NCBI GenBank assembly: GCA_012295275.1
Contig: CM022672.1
Location: 16,616,001 to 16,680,000 of the forward strand
Length of the DNA: 64,000 nt
Reading direction: 5' to 3'
Source of the DNA: Chrysomallon squamiferum
Lineage: Eukaryota > Animalia > Mollusca
The first letter of the stretch is position 1; the number at the start of each line of letters is the position of its first letter. This document shows positions 1-15,270 of this stretch, piece after piece. The notes beneath the pieces are model-generated. The model searched no databases. It was given only the letters and a program-made list of their open reading frames with translations, and had not been told where the DNA came from. Position numbers and translations under genes: made by a program.

Positions 1-2069
1 ACGTATTAAGTCTGAAGGCAAATAGCAGACATCTGACATTTAATATTGTTTAATACTTAGATATCTTGGGTTGCCATTAAGTAAATTAATAGTTCGTCCT
101 TTCGTTCAGATATTTGGGCTGTCTTTCTTGAATAATTATCTCTTCTGTCTGATTATCAGTTTATCCATATAAGGAGGTGGATTAGTGAATGTCCAAGAGT
201 TCTCAGTACACTTCGTGTCATCAACACGTGCACTCAAGATGTTTTAAGATAACAGACCAGAGGGAACTAGATAAGTGTGTATAATGGTTACATTGTTTCG
301 TTTTTCCTTTTCGTCAGGTGATTGATTGCACACCATCACAACATCTCCTAAATTATTACACAACAACAAGATACAAAACAACAACAAACAAACAATAATA
401 ATAAAAAAAAAACCTGCAACAACCTCCTCAAAAAGAAAAAAAAGAAAAACAACCCCAATATATATAAAACATTTTTTCATTAAATATTTATTTATTTATT
501 TATTTATTTTAGAAAATTGTGAGATAAATTAATTTTTAAGTATTCCAATACCAAACTTTTAGTTTATTTTATTTCTTTTTGTTTATATATATTTTTTTTT
601 TCGTACAATATTGCTTCTAAATTTAGAGTTATTAGACTTTTGTTAGCTTCGGGCTAGCCGATTTTTACTCTGACGTTTATTATTACTACAATCCAGAAAC
701 CAACGCACTGATCCATAGTTAAAGGAAGAAAAAAGAAACAAAAAAGTGACATCCAGTATTTACTGAATCACCTTTTATGAAAGAGTTCATACTTAAATTG
801 AAAAAAAATGAGAATAAAAAAAATAATCATAATAAAAAAATGATAATAATAATTACCCCCACACACACACAGAAAAAAAAACAAAGACAAAAAAACTAAA
901 TGATTGATTTCGCCGTAATATTATTAATAAAAATCATTCTTGGATGAACGTAATATCCATAAATAAAGTGGTTTTTTTTTTTTGGTTTTTTAAACTTTTA
1001 GTATGAAAGATAAGTCCCATATAAAAACAGTAATTTAATAATGGAAGTAAATTATATTTGCAGGTAGATTTGTTTAAGTCATAACAAATGGAATCCATTT
1101 CTATGTCTTTTTTTAAAGAAATTTATTTCATTTAATATCAATTTATCAATCCACGAAAGATTATTTTTACTAAGTGACCTCTATTTTCTTTTTAGATTTC
1201 ATATAAACTAATAATATAATAACAATAGTAAATGAAGCTTTTATAAATTATAGTGATGTATATAAATTGAATCAGTTTAGAATCGCCTTTTCAGTCTTTT
1301 AAGAATATTTAAACGATCAGTATAAATTAGATGATAATTACATACTCCTCTTGTCTAAAAAAAGATCAGTTATCTATGTTTCAATATATATATATTATTT
1401 TATTATTATTTAATGATATCATTCTTATTTAGTTTCAAACAAAAATAGATATAAAAAAAGTAACAAAGATGTAATTTAATGTATTTTTAATTTTAATTTG
1501 TTTATAAATAATTGAAGATTTGAAGCTGTTTCAGTGCTTTGAAATGTATCATTTCTGTACTAATTCATCTTTTCTGTGTCACAGTGTAAAAAAAATCAAA
1601 AATTACATAAAGAGATTTAAAACCATATATAAATACCATAATTAGGTAAACTAAAATAAAAATTAAAAAAACACACAGGTAGAGACATCCAAGGCTTAAA
1701 ATTTAATAGGTCTGATATTAGATCAAAATGATTAACACGATCCTGTATAAGAACGAGAATTATCGCGAACATAAGCTGTCTGAGTGAACCCATATAAAAT
1801 AGTCACAGACAGACAGACAGACAGATTTAGTGACAGAAATACACAGACATAAAACAAATCCCAATAAAATAAAATAAAAATAAACATCAGTAAACATGAC
1901 AAAAGTGTATTGCAAAGACACATGTAAACCTAATGTTCGGATTACGGTATCTGTACACTGGTTGACTGTTTTCAGAGTCGTGTCTAACAGTGGTTCAGCT
2001 GAACAGCTATGAACTGTCTCTCTCTTGCCATCGCGAGTAATCGATTACCACACCGTGGCGGGAGATGCG

Positions 2070-2221
2070 TGTATTTAACTAGCAACACGTTTCTGTACGT
2101 TATTGACGTTGGACACTGCCAGCTAATGGTAACTGTGATTTCGTCCGACTGCTCAGTGTTGTGGGTTACTATGGAAGGAGAATAGGACATTTTTTTCCAA
2201 ATAGTATTCGAATCATCCGAG
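2070..2221 (+). promoter_or_regulatory. Candidate non-coding first exon of the GPCR
   Basis: CpG/GC-richer island (about 1940-2220) with TATTTAA at 2072, ending in the strong donor gag/gtatgt. The GPCR exon needs an upstream donor, but the link is unproven. Confidence 0.3.
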
Positions 2222-2345
2222 GTATGTATGAAATTATTTCATTTTAATATTCCGTAAGTTACGAAGAAGAAGAAAAAAAAAAGAAAGAAAGAGAGAGAGA
2301 GAAAAAGTTTATAAATGTGCTTACTCTATGCAATTATATTTTAAA

Positions 2346-2387
<42 letters not shown>

Positions 2388-3256
2388 GTTTATGTCCATT
2401 CAAGACATTATTAAATGCTTTCGTTTCACAACATAATCAATCTTTTAAATAGTATTTATCACGAGCATGAATGATATGTAATCTGATTTTATTTATTTAT
2501 TAATTTGTTTATTATTTGTTTATTAATAATGACTGAGTGTCATTGGTGTAACTTACAATTTTATTCAACATAAAAATACATGTAGTATATTTGTATTATG
2601 AACAGATATTTGTGGTACTTTTTAAAACATTTTTTAATTTTATGTAAAGTTTTAATGTGGTGAAAACTACTTTTATTTAGTATGATTAATTAGGGCATTA
2701 ACTTTTTCAATTAAACCTTCCTTTCTGTTTTAATATTTTTATTTAACTAACAGTCTGATGGTCTCGCACAAAAACGATACCTAATATATTAACCTAATAT
2801 AAACGTTGTATTTCTTTTACTCGCAACTTTTTTCTTCTAGACTTTTTTTTTTTTGTGTATAGGGTTTCTGTATATGTCTATGTGCTTTGTGTGTGTTTGT
2901 CTGTGTGTTTGTATAATATATTTTGTGCGTGTTTGAGTGCGTTTGACTTAAACACCAACTTTGAACTTTTAATACTATTATGCGCATTTATCTATGCATC
3001 TCATGAATGAGATTTGAACCAAATGATTAAGAATTAACAAAATGAATACAGGAAATTGCATAAAACAATTGTTAACCTATTCGTAAGAGTGTTTATGTGT
3101 GCGCATGTATTGTGTGATCATGGGTGTTATATGTGAAAATGTTGTTTTCCATATCTGAATATACACTATTCATTAATTGCTATATTTAATACGTTATTCA
3201 TTAATATAATGATAGCTTGAAATTGAAATCACCTTTTCGTGAAATTAAGGACTTTA

Positions 3257-3315
<59 letters not shown>

Positions 3316-6300
3316 GCTGAGGACGTTCAGTTAGGATATTAATTAGACTACAACCTTGCAAAAAACACTTAACATACAAATATATTTATAATAATATAAG
3401 GAAAACAATACAGACATAATACATACAATTTTCGATATTCATTTTGTTTTACATTAGTTTTGTCCACATTCATTCGGGAACCTCTTGGACCACACGAAAT
3501 GCAGAGATTTGTCTTTCAATACATGTATTTTTACCATCACTACTTCTAGTCTTGCTGTTACTGCTGATGGTACTGTTTCTGCTGTTGTTGTTGCTTCTGT
3601 CAATGTAACTAGCACTGCTGCTATCGCTGCTGCCATCGCTGCTCCTGTTATTTGTGCTGCTTCTATTACTAATGCTTTTGCTGCTGTTGGTGTTGTTGCT
3701 ATCACTGCTGCTAATGCTGCTGCTGTCACAACCTAACTACTACTGCTAACCATAAACAACAGGGTCAATGATGGTGATGATGGTGGTCACGATTATGATG
3801 ATGATCATGATTATAATGATGATTATGATTATTATGATTATTATTATATTATCAGTAACATCATCAGTGTCATCGTCATAATCATCATCATCATCAAATA
3901 TTCTGCTATATATATAGCAGTTAATTTATAAAAAAAAACTTTTGTTCGAACACAGTCTGTAAACAATAAACACAAAAAAAAAAAAAAAATTATTCTGATT
4001 CTTTTATAACTAAAATGAGTTAACTACAAATATTACTACTATTATTATTGCTACAGCTACTACTTCTACTCATGATATTACTACTACAACAACAACACTG
4101 TTACTACTAATAACGATAACGATGATGTCGACAAAAACAGCAAGTCAACGACAATTAGAACTACTACTAGTGATGACGACACAACAGGAATAATTAACTA
4201 CTCTTTCAACTACTATTACTACTGATACTAGTAATAATAATGATGATAATGACAAATATAATGAAGATAATGATGATCATCATGGTAATAACAATAATTG
4301 CTGTTAGTACTACCAATACTAATTTTAATTAAACGGAGAAATTTTGTTTATTTAAAAAAAAAAATTTAAATATCTGATGAAAAATGCTAAAGACTTTGGG
4401 GGAAAAAAATCATACGTAAATAAAACCAAACAAAAAACCAAAGAAAAAAAACCAAACAACATTAAACGTTAACAAAACATTTTAAAATGAAAGACGAAAA
4501 ATAAGAAATCGTGGTGCGTTAAAAACAGACATGAACGAACCCCCCACCAAAAACAATCCCACAAAAACAACCCCAAAACCACAACCCCCCCCACAAACAA
4601 TAAAAAACATATAACAAAAAAAAAAAAAAAAAAAGTATCTTTTGAATATGTATAACAAACACTTATTTTAATTAGGTTCAACCTAGTAACAAAGACTGAG
4701 CCATTCAAAACATACAAATTTAACAACAACAACAAGAAAAAAAACTAAACAATCTCGTTCTTCATCTTTCATTGCACAGATTCAAGTTAGCGCAAAAGAA
4801 CGCAGCGAACTTGAATTACAGCTCAATATCAGAGCGCCCGGCTTTTACTTCTAGCCAATGGAGTGGACTATTTTTCACAGTATTCCGAAAGTGTGGAATG
4901 TTCTTTACACACGAAAATTGAATTATCTCTTGCATTAGATGAATGGTATTGTCGTACAACAATAGTACATTTTGACTATTAATTCACTCATTTTATTGGC
5001 TGAACGGTTTTGACCATTATGGAAATGGGAAAGCTGAAGACCGTAAGACCGAATATTTATAAAAAAAAATTTGTTCTAAAAAGCTATTCATTTTGGAAAT
5101 TGGTTTCCTCAGTCATCATGGTTTTTATTTTATTATTATTATTATTATTATTTTAATTTTTGTGAAGTTTGGAACTAAATCTATGATAATTATTCTGAAG
5201 CATTCTAAATAATCCAAAATCGAGCGACTGTTATTAACATTTCTAAACACATTTTCGTTTTGCTGTTTTTATGTTCTGGGTGTTTTGATATAAAAAGGCT
5301 TCAATCTAGATGTAGATAGATAGATAAATAGATAACAAATATATAAGTATAAGCTATGAAGCTGACAAAATTGAAGATGGCGATACTAATGCTGTTTATG
5401 TTTTGAAAGTTTGATTACTTTCTGCAATTTATCACGGTTTATGTTGGGGTTTTTTACAGTCAAAATAAAAGAATTTTTTCCTTAAAGAAATTTCGCTTTT
5501 CTGCCCGAAGTAATTCATATTAAAAATTGTTTTCTTTTAGACTCTTTAATGACAAACAACAAGTGTTATTTCTTTTCTTGTGTGGCATGCCGAGTGTTTT
5601 CGACATTTTGTACTTTGAGGTATCCCCAGGCTTAGAAATCTTTAAAGTTTTTCTTACTTAAAAAAAAAAGAAATAATAATAATTTAAAAAAAAAAAAAGT
5701 TATTTAAAAAAAATATATAAAAAATAAAAAATGTACTATGAAAAAATAGGAATAGGACTAATTTTTAAAATTACATTCTTTTATCCGAAAACAAAAGCAA
5801 AATGAATAATAGCTTTCGGGATTTCTCTTTCCTTTATGTATCATTGGCAGCCAAATAATTGCGCAACCTTCTTTACTGACAAAAATTGTATTTTACATTG
5901 TTATTTGTCTTCGGGTAGAAATTTTGTCTTTGAGATTCCCTCGCTATTTGCATTGAGGTTTTAAAAATGTTATAAAAGTACCAATCCCTGACATATCATT
6001 TAGAATCGTATTATATAAACCCGAGTGGAAAACCTGTTTTGATGGCGCCGATGTTCAGCACTGGTCTTCAAGCTGTCTGTATGACAGGATGGCATCTTTA
6101 TACAGGCTACAAAACTAACTAGTGACGTATAAAATCAGTACTAACATTCTAACAAAATAACACTGTCATGGGTAATCAAATCAGACTAATTTATTTTATA
6201 TTTCAAGAAGATGTAGTTGAATATTCACCGGATATGTAAACAAAAGATTCACCAAAAAACCCCAGAAAACCTATATAATCGGATCTCACTTATTGCATGC

Positions 6301-9300
6301 GATTGCTACGAATATATTTGCTTTGCTTATGGGTTTTTAGCATAATAATAATGGGTTTATTCCTGTGTTTTTCACTTATGATAAATAACTGTTTTCAGGT
6401 GTAGTCAGTGCAATAACAAACGTTGCAGAACAAAGAATTTAATAGCAATTGTGGTGTTGCTTACGAACCATGAAATGATTACGATAAATGAAATACTCTG
6501 AAAAATAACAAAATGTAATGTGTTTATGTATGTTTAAGTATCTATGTGATATATTGTTTTATTTTATTAATTTATTAGTGTGTGTCCAAGTATTATGTAT
6601 GTTTGTAGGTAGGCTGGCAGGCAGGCAGGTAGGTAGGCAGGTATGTATGTATGTATGTATGCATGCATGCATGTAAGTACGTATGTGTGTATGTTTGTAT
6701 ATATGGACATAGATATTTATGTATATATGTATGTATGTATGTGTGAGGCTATGTGTATGTATCTATATTTGCAAGTAAGGACGTACATATTTAAAAGAAA
6801 CTCATTTTCCAACCATTAAACACAGATCAGAACTAACAAAATGAAAACATACGATTTCGCGGCATTAGTACATTAGCAATTACAAACGGGTTTCAATGAA
6901 ACAGGTCTCAACCACCAAGCATAGACTACAACACTGTTAATGAAACGACAGCGCCTCGGGGTGGCGTGCAGAATCTAACGAACCCTACACAATGAGCTGA
7001 TTATTCCAAGAGCCATCACCAAGTGATTTAACTCTCATCTTTGAAAAATAATAAGACATCTGCCCTTGGCTTCTCTGACCAGCACCAACAATGCTTAACC
7101 TTGGTTCACTTTCACCATCATTTTGTTGACTGATATTCTATCGTTCTGGTCCAATGACGAGAAAGTGACCGTTAATTCCAGCCAAAAGTTGTTTATAAAG
7201 GTTTGGTTATTACTGGATTAGGTTGTGTGCGCGTGTGTTGCCCTCGGCTACGGGCTGATGACATTTGAAACTAGTGATTCGAATATGTTTTATATGAACT
7301 TCTTACTTTGATAACAAAAAGCGTTACCCGAAGCAATAATTTCTCATTTTAGTTTCGTCTGTTTGGGTTACAGGTCAGCTAATTATTGTGTCGTATAACG
7401 ACTTAATCAGGGAATGTCTGAACAAATGAAAATAAATTTCATATATATATATATATATATGTGTAATTATAAATTTTCAGCCAATTCATCATTCCAGAAA
7501 GATGCCAGGAACACAAGATAGAAATAAAAATAAACATTATGAAATAAACATTAAATAGCAATCGCTCATACAAATAATAGAAACTAAAATCAGTGGAAAA
7601 GATTGAATAAATAAGATTTTGTTTTGTCTTCCCAAATATTAGCATGAATGCTATTTGAAATTATAAGTGTCAGATATCTATTATGTTAGAAAACATTTTC
7701 ATTAAAAAGTCTTGACGACTTTATTATTATTATTATTATTATTATTATTTTTTTTTTCTGTGCGTTCCTAATTTCTTATATAATTTTCACAATAAATGTT
7801 GATGAACAGCAGCCATGACAATATCAAAATTAAATTTATTTTAAATTATAAGTGAAATGATCGTATATGCTTAGGAACATTTATCAGAAAATTATATTCA
7901 TTTATTTATAGCTGAATAGCAAAAAACACCCTTCACCAAAAAACCGAACAAAAAACAAAAAACCTAGCCGAAAATAAAAACAATAACATTCCAACCAAAA
8001 AACTTGAAGAATAAAAAAAAAAAAAAAAAGTATTATAACCACTGAGAAGTATCGCTCTAAACTGCAGTAAATTTATAATTAGTTTTCTCGGCTTTAGTAT
8101 TTCCCGGAGGGGCTAATGCAGTCGATGGACGTAAAGTGTTAAATATGAATATCATATTAAAAACTCGTACCATGACGATATGACTAAGTGAAAAGTTTCA
8201 CACTGATGACTGTTAACGAAGTTTGACGAGGAAAACAAATACAGTCGAGAGAACAAAATAATTACTAGCGTTAACCATGGAGAAAATTCTCTGTTTCAGA
8301 ATGTGTGTGTATGTTTTTGTTAAAGTGTTTATTTAACAGGAAGAAAAAACGAGCATATGTCAATATTTCATAAACCAGATGAAAATATACGACACTTAGT
8401 TAGAACGGGAACTAGTTTTACAAGCCAAGCTAATAATCATTATCAATATTAATTAATTACAATTATAGTTATGATTATTATCATGGTTACTATTATTATT
8501 ACTGTTGTCATTACTGTCGTTGTTGTTGTTGTTGTAGTTACTGTGCCCCTTTTCCTAATTAATCTGGGACAGTTAACATAAAGCTAGTTACAGTATTCGT
8601 CATATCATTATCAGCAGACACAAATGAAATGGGTAAGGAATCGTTCTGTTATTATGCTTCAGCTGTCGCTTTCAGTGTCGCTTTTCGAGTAGGAAATTAA
8701 TGCTGTCTGCGTGAAACGGCGTAGCTATCTCGAGACGAAGAAACGTCAGAATTAGTGACGATTAGTATCAAAATGCTTTCTTATTGTAATGGATGATTAT
8801 TTGGGTTAAAGAAGAGATTTCCATTTCGACACTTTCTATTGTGGGAAATGACATTAGTCGTTTCGTTATTTCAAACGATGACAGTCGTTTTCAATTGATT
8901 TTCGGTTTTAAGGTGGAATATTTCGTCTTAACACGGCATCACTGCTTGGCACATTAGGGACAGTAAAAACAATCGTTCCAAAGGAAAAAATAGTTATTAT
9001 AAAATAACAATTTACTTACCTATTTTATGTATGAACACTTACACATACAGAAACAAACGCACACACAACACACACACACACACACATGTGTGTGTGTGAG
9101 TGTATATATTTGTGTGTATTTACGAAAGTGTACACACGTAAGTGTGTGTGTTTATATATATATAATACGTGTGTACACTTTCGTAAATACACACACATAT
9201 ACACTCACACATACATACATGAACATCCATGTGTACGTAAAAACACACACACAGATACATATACATACATACATACATACATATAAATACATATATCACA

Positions 9301-9924
9301 CAATATTACCATTATAATACATGTTTATGCCAGTAAGAGTATCTCTAATTAATTAAATGACTATTTAACGTCACAGTGAAAGGTTAAATACTTATTGTCA
9401 TGGAAACATGAACAGTAATCTGATCGAAAGAGTCACATTAATTTTAATCACGCACAATGCGCTACAGAATTATAATCTCTGATCTAAGAGACTTAACCGT
9501 TTCCAGATTAGCGGAAGAGAAGTTATTAATAATTATCTTTAATGTTTATGTGTGTGCGCGCGCGTGTGTGTGTGTGTGTCAGCGTGGTGTATGTAGTGTG
9601 ATATGTGTGATTATGCATGTGTATGTGTTTCATTTTATGGCACACAATATAAATATAACAATAAAGTATAGAAGTCATTTCTTATCAGTCCTATCAGTAT
9701 TGTATGCAACACCTAACAGTATTGTATCTGAAATAATGAACTGATATTTGGAGTTGCAAGTAGAATCGACGATAAACGTCGAAAGTGATGATATTGTTGG
9801 TGGAAGAAAAATACTCTAGTGGTCAAGAAGATTTTTTTCATCATGGCTTCTTTCCATATACCGATCAGTGTTTCCAATAGCTCCTCGAATTTGTCTTAAA
9901 CCATTTGCAGTTTTCAATCCTTGA

Positions 9925-10220
9925 CATTTGTAAATATTACTTACCTTATTCATTATATGATAACTGTAAATATTTACCTTATTCATTCTATAATATTTGT
10001 AAGTATTACTTACCTTATTCATTCTACAATATTTGTAAATATTACTTATCTTATTCATTCTAGCATATTTGTAAATATTACTTACCTTATTCATTCTATG
10101 ACATTTGTAAATATTACTTATCTTATTCATTCCATAATATTTGTAAATATTACTTACCTTATTTATTCCATAATATTTGTAAATATTACTTACGCTATTA
10201 ATCATATGATATTTGTAGAA
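9925..10220. repeat. 36-bp minisatellite, about 8 copies
   Basis: Unit ATTTGTAAATATTACTTACCTTATTCATTCTATAAT; the second copy has an internal deletion. Confidence 0.9.
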
Positions 10221-13200
10221 TAAGGCGAAACTGTGACTGATGCAGGGATGTGGTAACATGAATAAACATTAGGCATTCAGCAGTCAGGTGGGCTTTGTAG
10301 TTTTCTGAGAAGAGGGCAGGCATCTTTGGGGTCATTAATTTAGTTCTTAGCATCTTAAGAAATTCCTCCTGTTGCCATGGGAAATATTTGGATGATGTAA
10401 GCGCTTTTCAGACAAACAGCATGGACCAGGCATTGTCACAGGAAAATATTATAGATCGCTTAATTGTGGTTGTCATAAATATCATAGCTGCTTGTAATAT
10501 TGGTTTCAGGATCGATTTGACATGGCTTCTTGATCGTAGTCAGTGCCATTTACGATTAATGACAGTATAACAATCTCCTTGAAAAACTATGGCCAGATTC
10601 TTATTTTCAGCTTTACAAAGTTCATAGATAGGAAATCTGTGTTAGATGGCAGAAATCAATCATGAAGGGTCACTGGATCAGTTGACACCGATCTGTTTCA
10701 GGACCCTCAGAAATTGTTTCAGTTCTCTCATCCACGCCCAAATTCAAAGGACTTATTTTAATAACGGAAGCCATTTTGGTTATATTTCCAAATATAATTT
10801 ATAACTGTATTTCCCATCTCAGTCCCTCAGTGAATCCGATATCTCTTTTGACATAAAAGCTTCCCCTCACTTTTGAAAAAAATGGGTATAAGATAGAATG
10901 TAAATTGTTCATTTGAATGTACGGTTTTTCTCACTTTTTTTTTAATTCTTTTAGTAATTTGACTTATTTTAATGGACATAAACCGAGCTTATCTCAAGAT
11001 AATTTATTTATTTTGAATGCTAGGATTTCATGGCCATCGACATTAATGGGTTCAGAAAATGTTTTTCTTAATACATCATATTAAAATTGCCCTCTGTGTC
11101 AGACGGTTGCAAACACTTATCTATAATCTTTTTACAGAATCGCTTTCCTTAGAAAACGTGGATACGATGCAAAAACTATAATTTCTAAGACAGCAGTTGC
11201 TTTATTGATGTTTTAAAACTATCTCTAAATGAAAATTTGGATGTCTTCCTAAAACAGTGTCTGATACTTTTGTAAACTCATATCAAACTGCAGTAAAGTA
11301 TTCACTTTGGCATCATACTCTGAACTATACTAAGATAATACTGCTCCTTAGAAGTATTTCAAATAATAATTTTTTTTCTGGTGAAAAACAAATGTCAATT
11401 GTTTCAAGGAAATGTTAAAATAATCTTTCAAGAAAAGTAAAGATTATAGAGAATGACAATTCTAAAGCCACCATTAATCATCTCATTTGACCGATTTTAT
11501 CTTCCTCGTATTCATTACAGAGAATGTGATCAAATCTCGGCGAAGGCATCAATTATTCAAGCACGTACGTATGCACATAAAGCACTTGGAATGAGAAAAT
11601 AACCAAATTTTTAACCAAATATTTTTTCCTCGAACTGTTATAATTAATGCCTTTCTACGTAAAAAAATAAAAAAAAATAAAAAATAAAAAAAGAAGAAAA
11701 AAACGGACAGAAAAAACTCGATGTTGCCACGCTATGAACTGTTCTTGCCAACTTGTTAAATCCTGCCGTAGATTTATCATTTTGTGATAAAAAGTTTTGG
11801 CTGAATTAATTGCATATATCTTTTAATTCATTAATTCTTTTTTCTTTTATACTGTTAAGAAAGAGTAATAGTAACTACCGTAGTAGTAATAAACACAACA
11901 ATGACAGTATTATAAATAACTATTAGAATACAAATACAAAAACATGGTATCAATAAAAGTAATAATACACCATACATCCAAAGACACACATACTCACGCA
12001 CACACGCACACGCACACACGCACGTACACACTAAATATATAAACTGTAATTTAAATCAGAAAAGTGAATTGCTTATTTACAATAGGATGCGAAAGAATAA
12101 AAAATTCTGCCTCGGGGTTTTTACTGCTATCTTAAACGGGCGACATCATTTTGACAGTGTTTTCATTATGGTTGCATTACGATTGCATTTACTCAGATTA
12201 TATCATGCATGTTAGTACTGGCAAGATTATTAATTTTTTAGCAAAGAAATAGAGACAAAAACCTTGAAACCAAACCAAAGAAAAGAAAAAAGAAAAGAAC
12301 AAAAAAAGTAGAAAATTAAGAACAAAAAACCCTTATGGTTCAGTGATTTGTTAGTGTGAAATAACGAGACTATATAAGTGTATGGGTGAATGTGAATGAC
12401 TGAAGACGCATAACAGTAAACATGTAAATAAGAATAAAGGAGTAATATGAAAAATATGTAATTGTAAATGTTGTGTATGAATGTATGTATATGTACGTTT
12501 ATGTACGTGAGTTATTTGTATGTATGTTGTGTGTGTATGAGAGAGAGACAGAGAAGTATATATAAAGAGTATCTGATAACTGAACTCGTAAATATATGCT
12601 TTTCATTTGCAGTTTATTAGAAGCAAAGAAAGACAACACCATAAAAACAAACAAAATAAAAATATGAAATTACAAAAAAACAACAACAATCCAAAACAAA
12701 ACAAAATAAAAAATAAAACAACTGCTTTTTTTGTAATTATTCCACTGAGAATATTAAAATCGACTTATTACTTTAGAGAAGCTCGTGTTTATTTGCTTCC
12801 ACGTCTCTCGATATGCACTTATTTCCATCAGCTGTCACCTTCTGCCATGCAATGTCAATCACCATTTTGTGTCTGACTTGTAGCACTGAAACTATCTTAA
12901 TCTTTGACAGAAAATCTGCTAATTTGTTTTGAATTTTTTTTTTTTTTTTTATTTATTAAAATTAATTTTTTTTTTTTTTCTTATAACGAGCATGTACATT
13001 AATCAGGTTTTTTGTTTATTATTTTTTGCTTTTTCATTTATAAGTTAACAAAATAATTTAAAAGTTAAAATAAAATGATTTTCAGATTTGAATATGAGAT
13101 GAAATATAAAAATAAGATTTTAATTTAAAAAAATATTTTGCTGTGTGTATGTATATGAGTGTGGAAGTGCACTGTCACAAATATTACGAGGTTTTTCCTG

Positions 13201-13710
13201 ATTCTTTCGCCTTTAGATTTTTTCTTTTCGTTCAGCGAATTATTTATCAGAAGTTAGTATGTCCTTTCGCGTTTATATCATAAAATAATCATATAAAAGG
13301 TTGCACAAACAAACAAAACACTGACACTTAATAGCAAATAATATTAATGCTAACGAATATTTATAAAATATATTATTTACGTTCTACTGTGAAATGAAAT
13401 GAAGTCTACAGTTCCTACACTAAAACAAAATTAATTAAATTCCTTATCATTATTATTGGATTTCTCGTGATTTAATCCAGAACATGTGTTCATGAACAAC
13501 TAAAATCTACAAAAGTTTAGCCATTCATTCTGCTGGGCACTAATAAGAAAAGGTAATGATATTATTATTATTACTATTATTACTATTATTATTATTATTA
13601 TTATTATTGTTGTTGTTGTTGTTGTTGTTGTTGTTATTGTTGTTGTTTTGTTAGGATTTTCAAGGAATTGTATTTGTAAATTTATTTCTTTCAATAATAA
13701 TAATAATAAC

Positions 13711-13780
<70 letters not shown>

Positions 13781-14136
13781 GAAATAACAATAAGTAATAA
13801 ATAATAAATGATGAAACATTAAGTGAAATATTCTTATCGAGATTCAGATAATTGTTTCATCCACCACGGTTCGTGAACTCGTTCTTCGTCTCTGTAGTTT
13901 CCCGTCTCCCAGTTTGTTCCAAATTAGTTCTTGTGATAAGTTCAGTATAGAATTATACTTTTAGTTCTTCAGTTATAACCTGCACGTCCACACACTGGTT
14001 TTACTATTAAATTTTATTAACAAATTACTAGCTTTATTAACCGTAGCAGCACCATCAGCAAAAGGAGAGAGAGAAGTGAGGGAGAGTTAGGGAAAGGAGA
14101 GAATAAAATAGTTTGACTTCTGTTATTTTCATTTGT

Positions 14137-14183
<47 letters not shown>

Positions 14184-15182
14184 AAGTTAACGTTTTTTAA
14201 TGGATCAACTTTCAAATTCCAGTTATAAATTGTGAATGTATGTAGTAATTACGTGTTTTTCTTACCCTAGCATATCCAAAAATAAAGAAATACTCAGGTT
14301 GTTACTGTCGTTTCTACTGTAACAATAAGTAATCTTTATTATTTAAAAAAAATTAGCTCGTTGGATGATACAATTCCATTATATTTACTGGAATCTGAGG
14401 AAATGCTAAAATGTTGGGTTTTTTGTTGTTGTTTTTCTCGCTTTTTTTTCATGATCTCAAGAATCATTTGAAATGTGATTTGCGACCTTTTTTCTGACAC
14501 TACGTCCGTGCCATGCCTGTTTGAGTAGCACGTTATTTAGCAGACGTCAGTTTTTGTTAATCTGCACAGAACGTACACCGTGGAAGTTTCGGTTTTCACA
14601 TGATTGACAAAAGGTTGAAATCTGCACCGAAGTTCTGTTCCATATCATTTGCTAAATAATATCAAAGTGTTCTTATGTGTTAGTAGCACTGACAAATGCT
14701 GGCGTGGAACAGAGTATCAAGAGGTAATTTGGGAGTTCGATTGAATGTCACACGAGGGTAATCGTTTTTGTCCGGGTTAACAGGATCGTAACAACGGTTT
14801 CATGAATGTTTATGACTTGTCAAGAAACCGAGGCAGAGACAGAGAGAGAGAAAATGAGCCGAGTTTGAGGTTGGCGAGATGTTTTATTCACTGCCTGACT
14901 GCGTATACTATCGTTAGTCGAACTAGTCCAGCATTAACACACATTAATCAAATGCCATTATCAACCGGTTTTTAGGATTTTTATTTTTATTTTATTGTTT
15001 TTTTTCTTCTTCTTTTATCTGGATTATTTTAGTAATCTAATGTAACCTATTGTTGTTCTTATAACTTACTGCGGATGAATCAAACAATAGCTATAGAATC
15101 TCATGTTATTATTATTATTATCTCGAACATATTAAAAATTACTTTCTTTAATTTGTCAGATCTCACGGATGTCGTCTTTTCC

Positions 15183-15270
<88 letters not shown>

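Noticed and set aside
3454-3736. Ala/Thr/Val-rich ORFs on both strands
   Set aside because: They arise from a degenerate (GCT/GTT)n tract that continues into GAT/ACT repeats; non-ATG starts and no splice or domain support.
9816-10259. 147-aa repeat ORF, and the array as a possible CRISPR
   Set aside because: Head-to-tail 36-bp units with no unique spacers and no cas genes, in eukaryotic context; the ORF is a by-product of the unit length.
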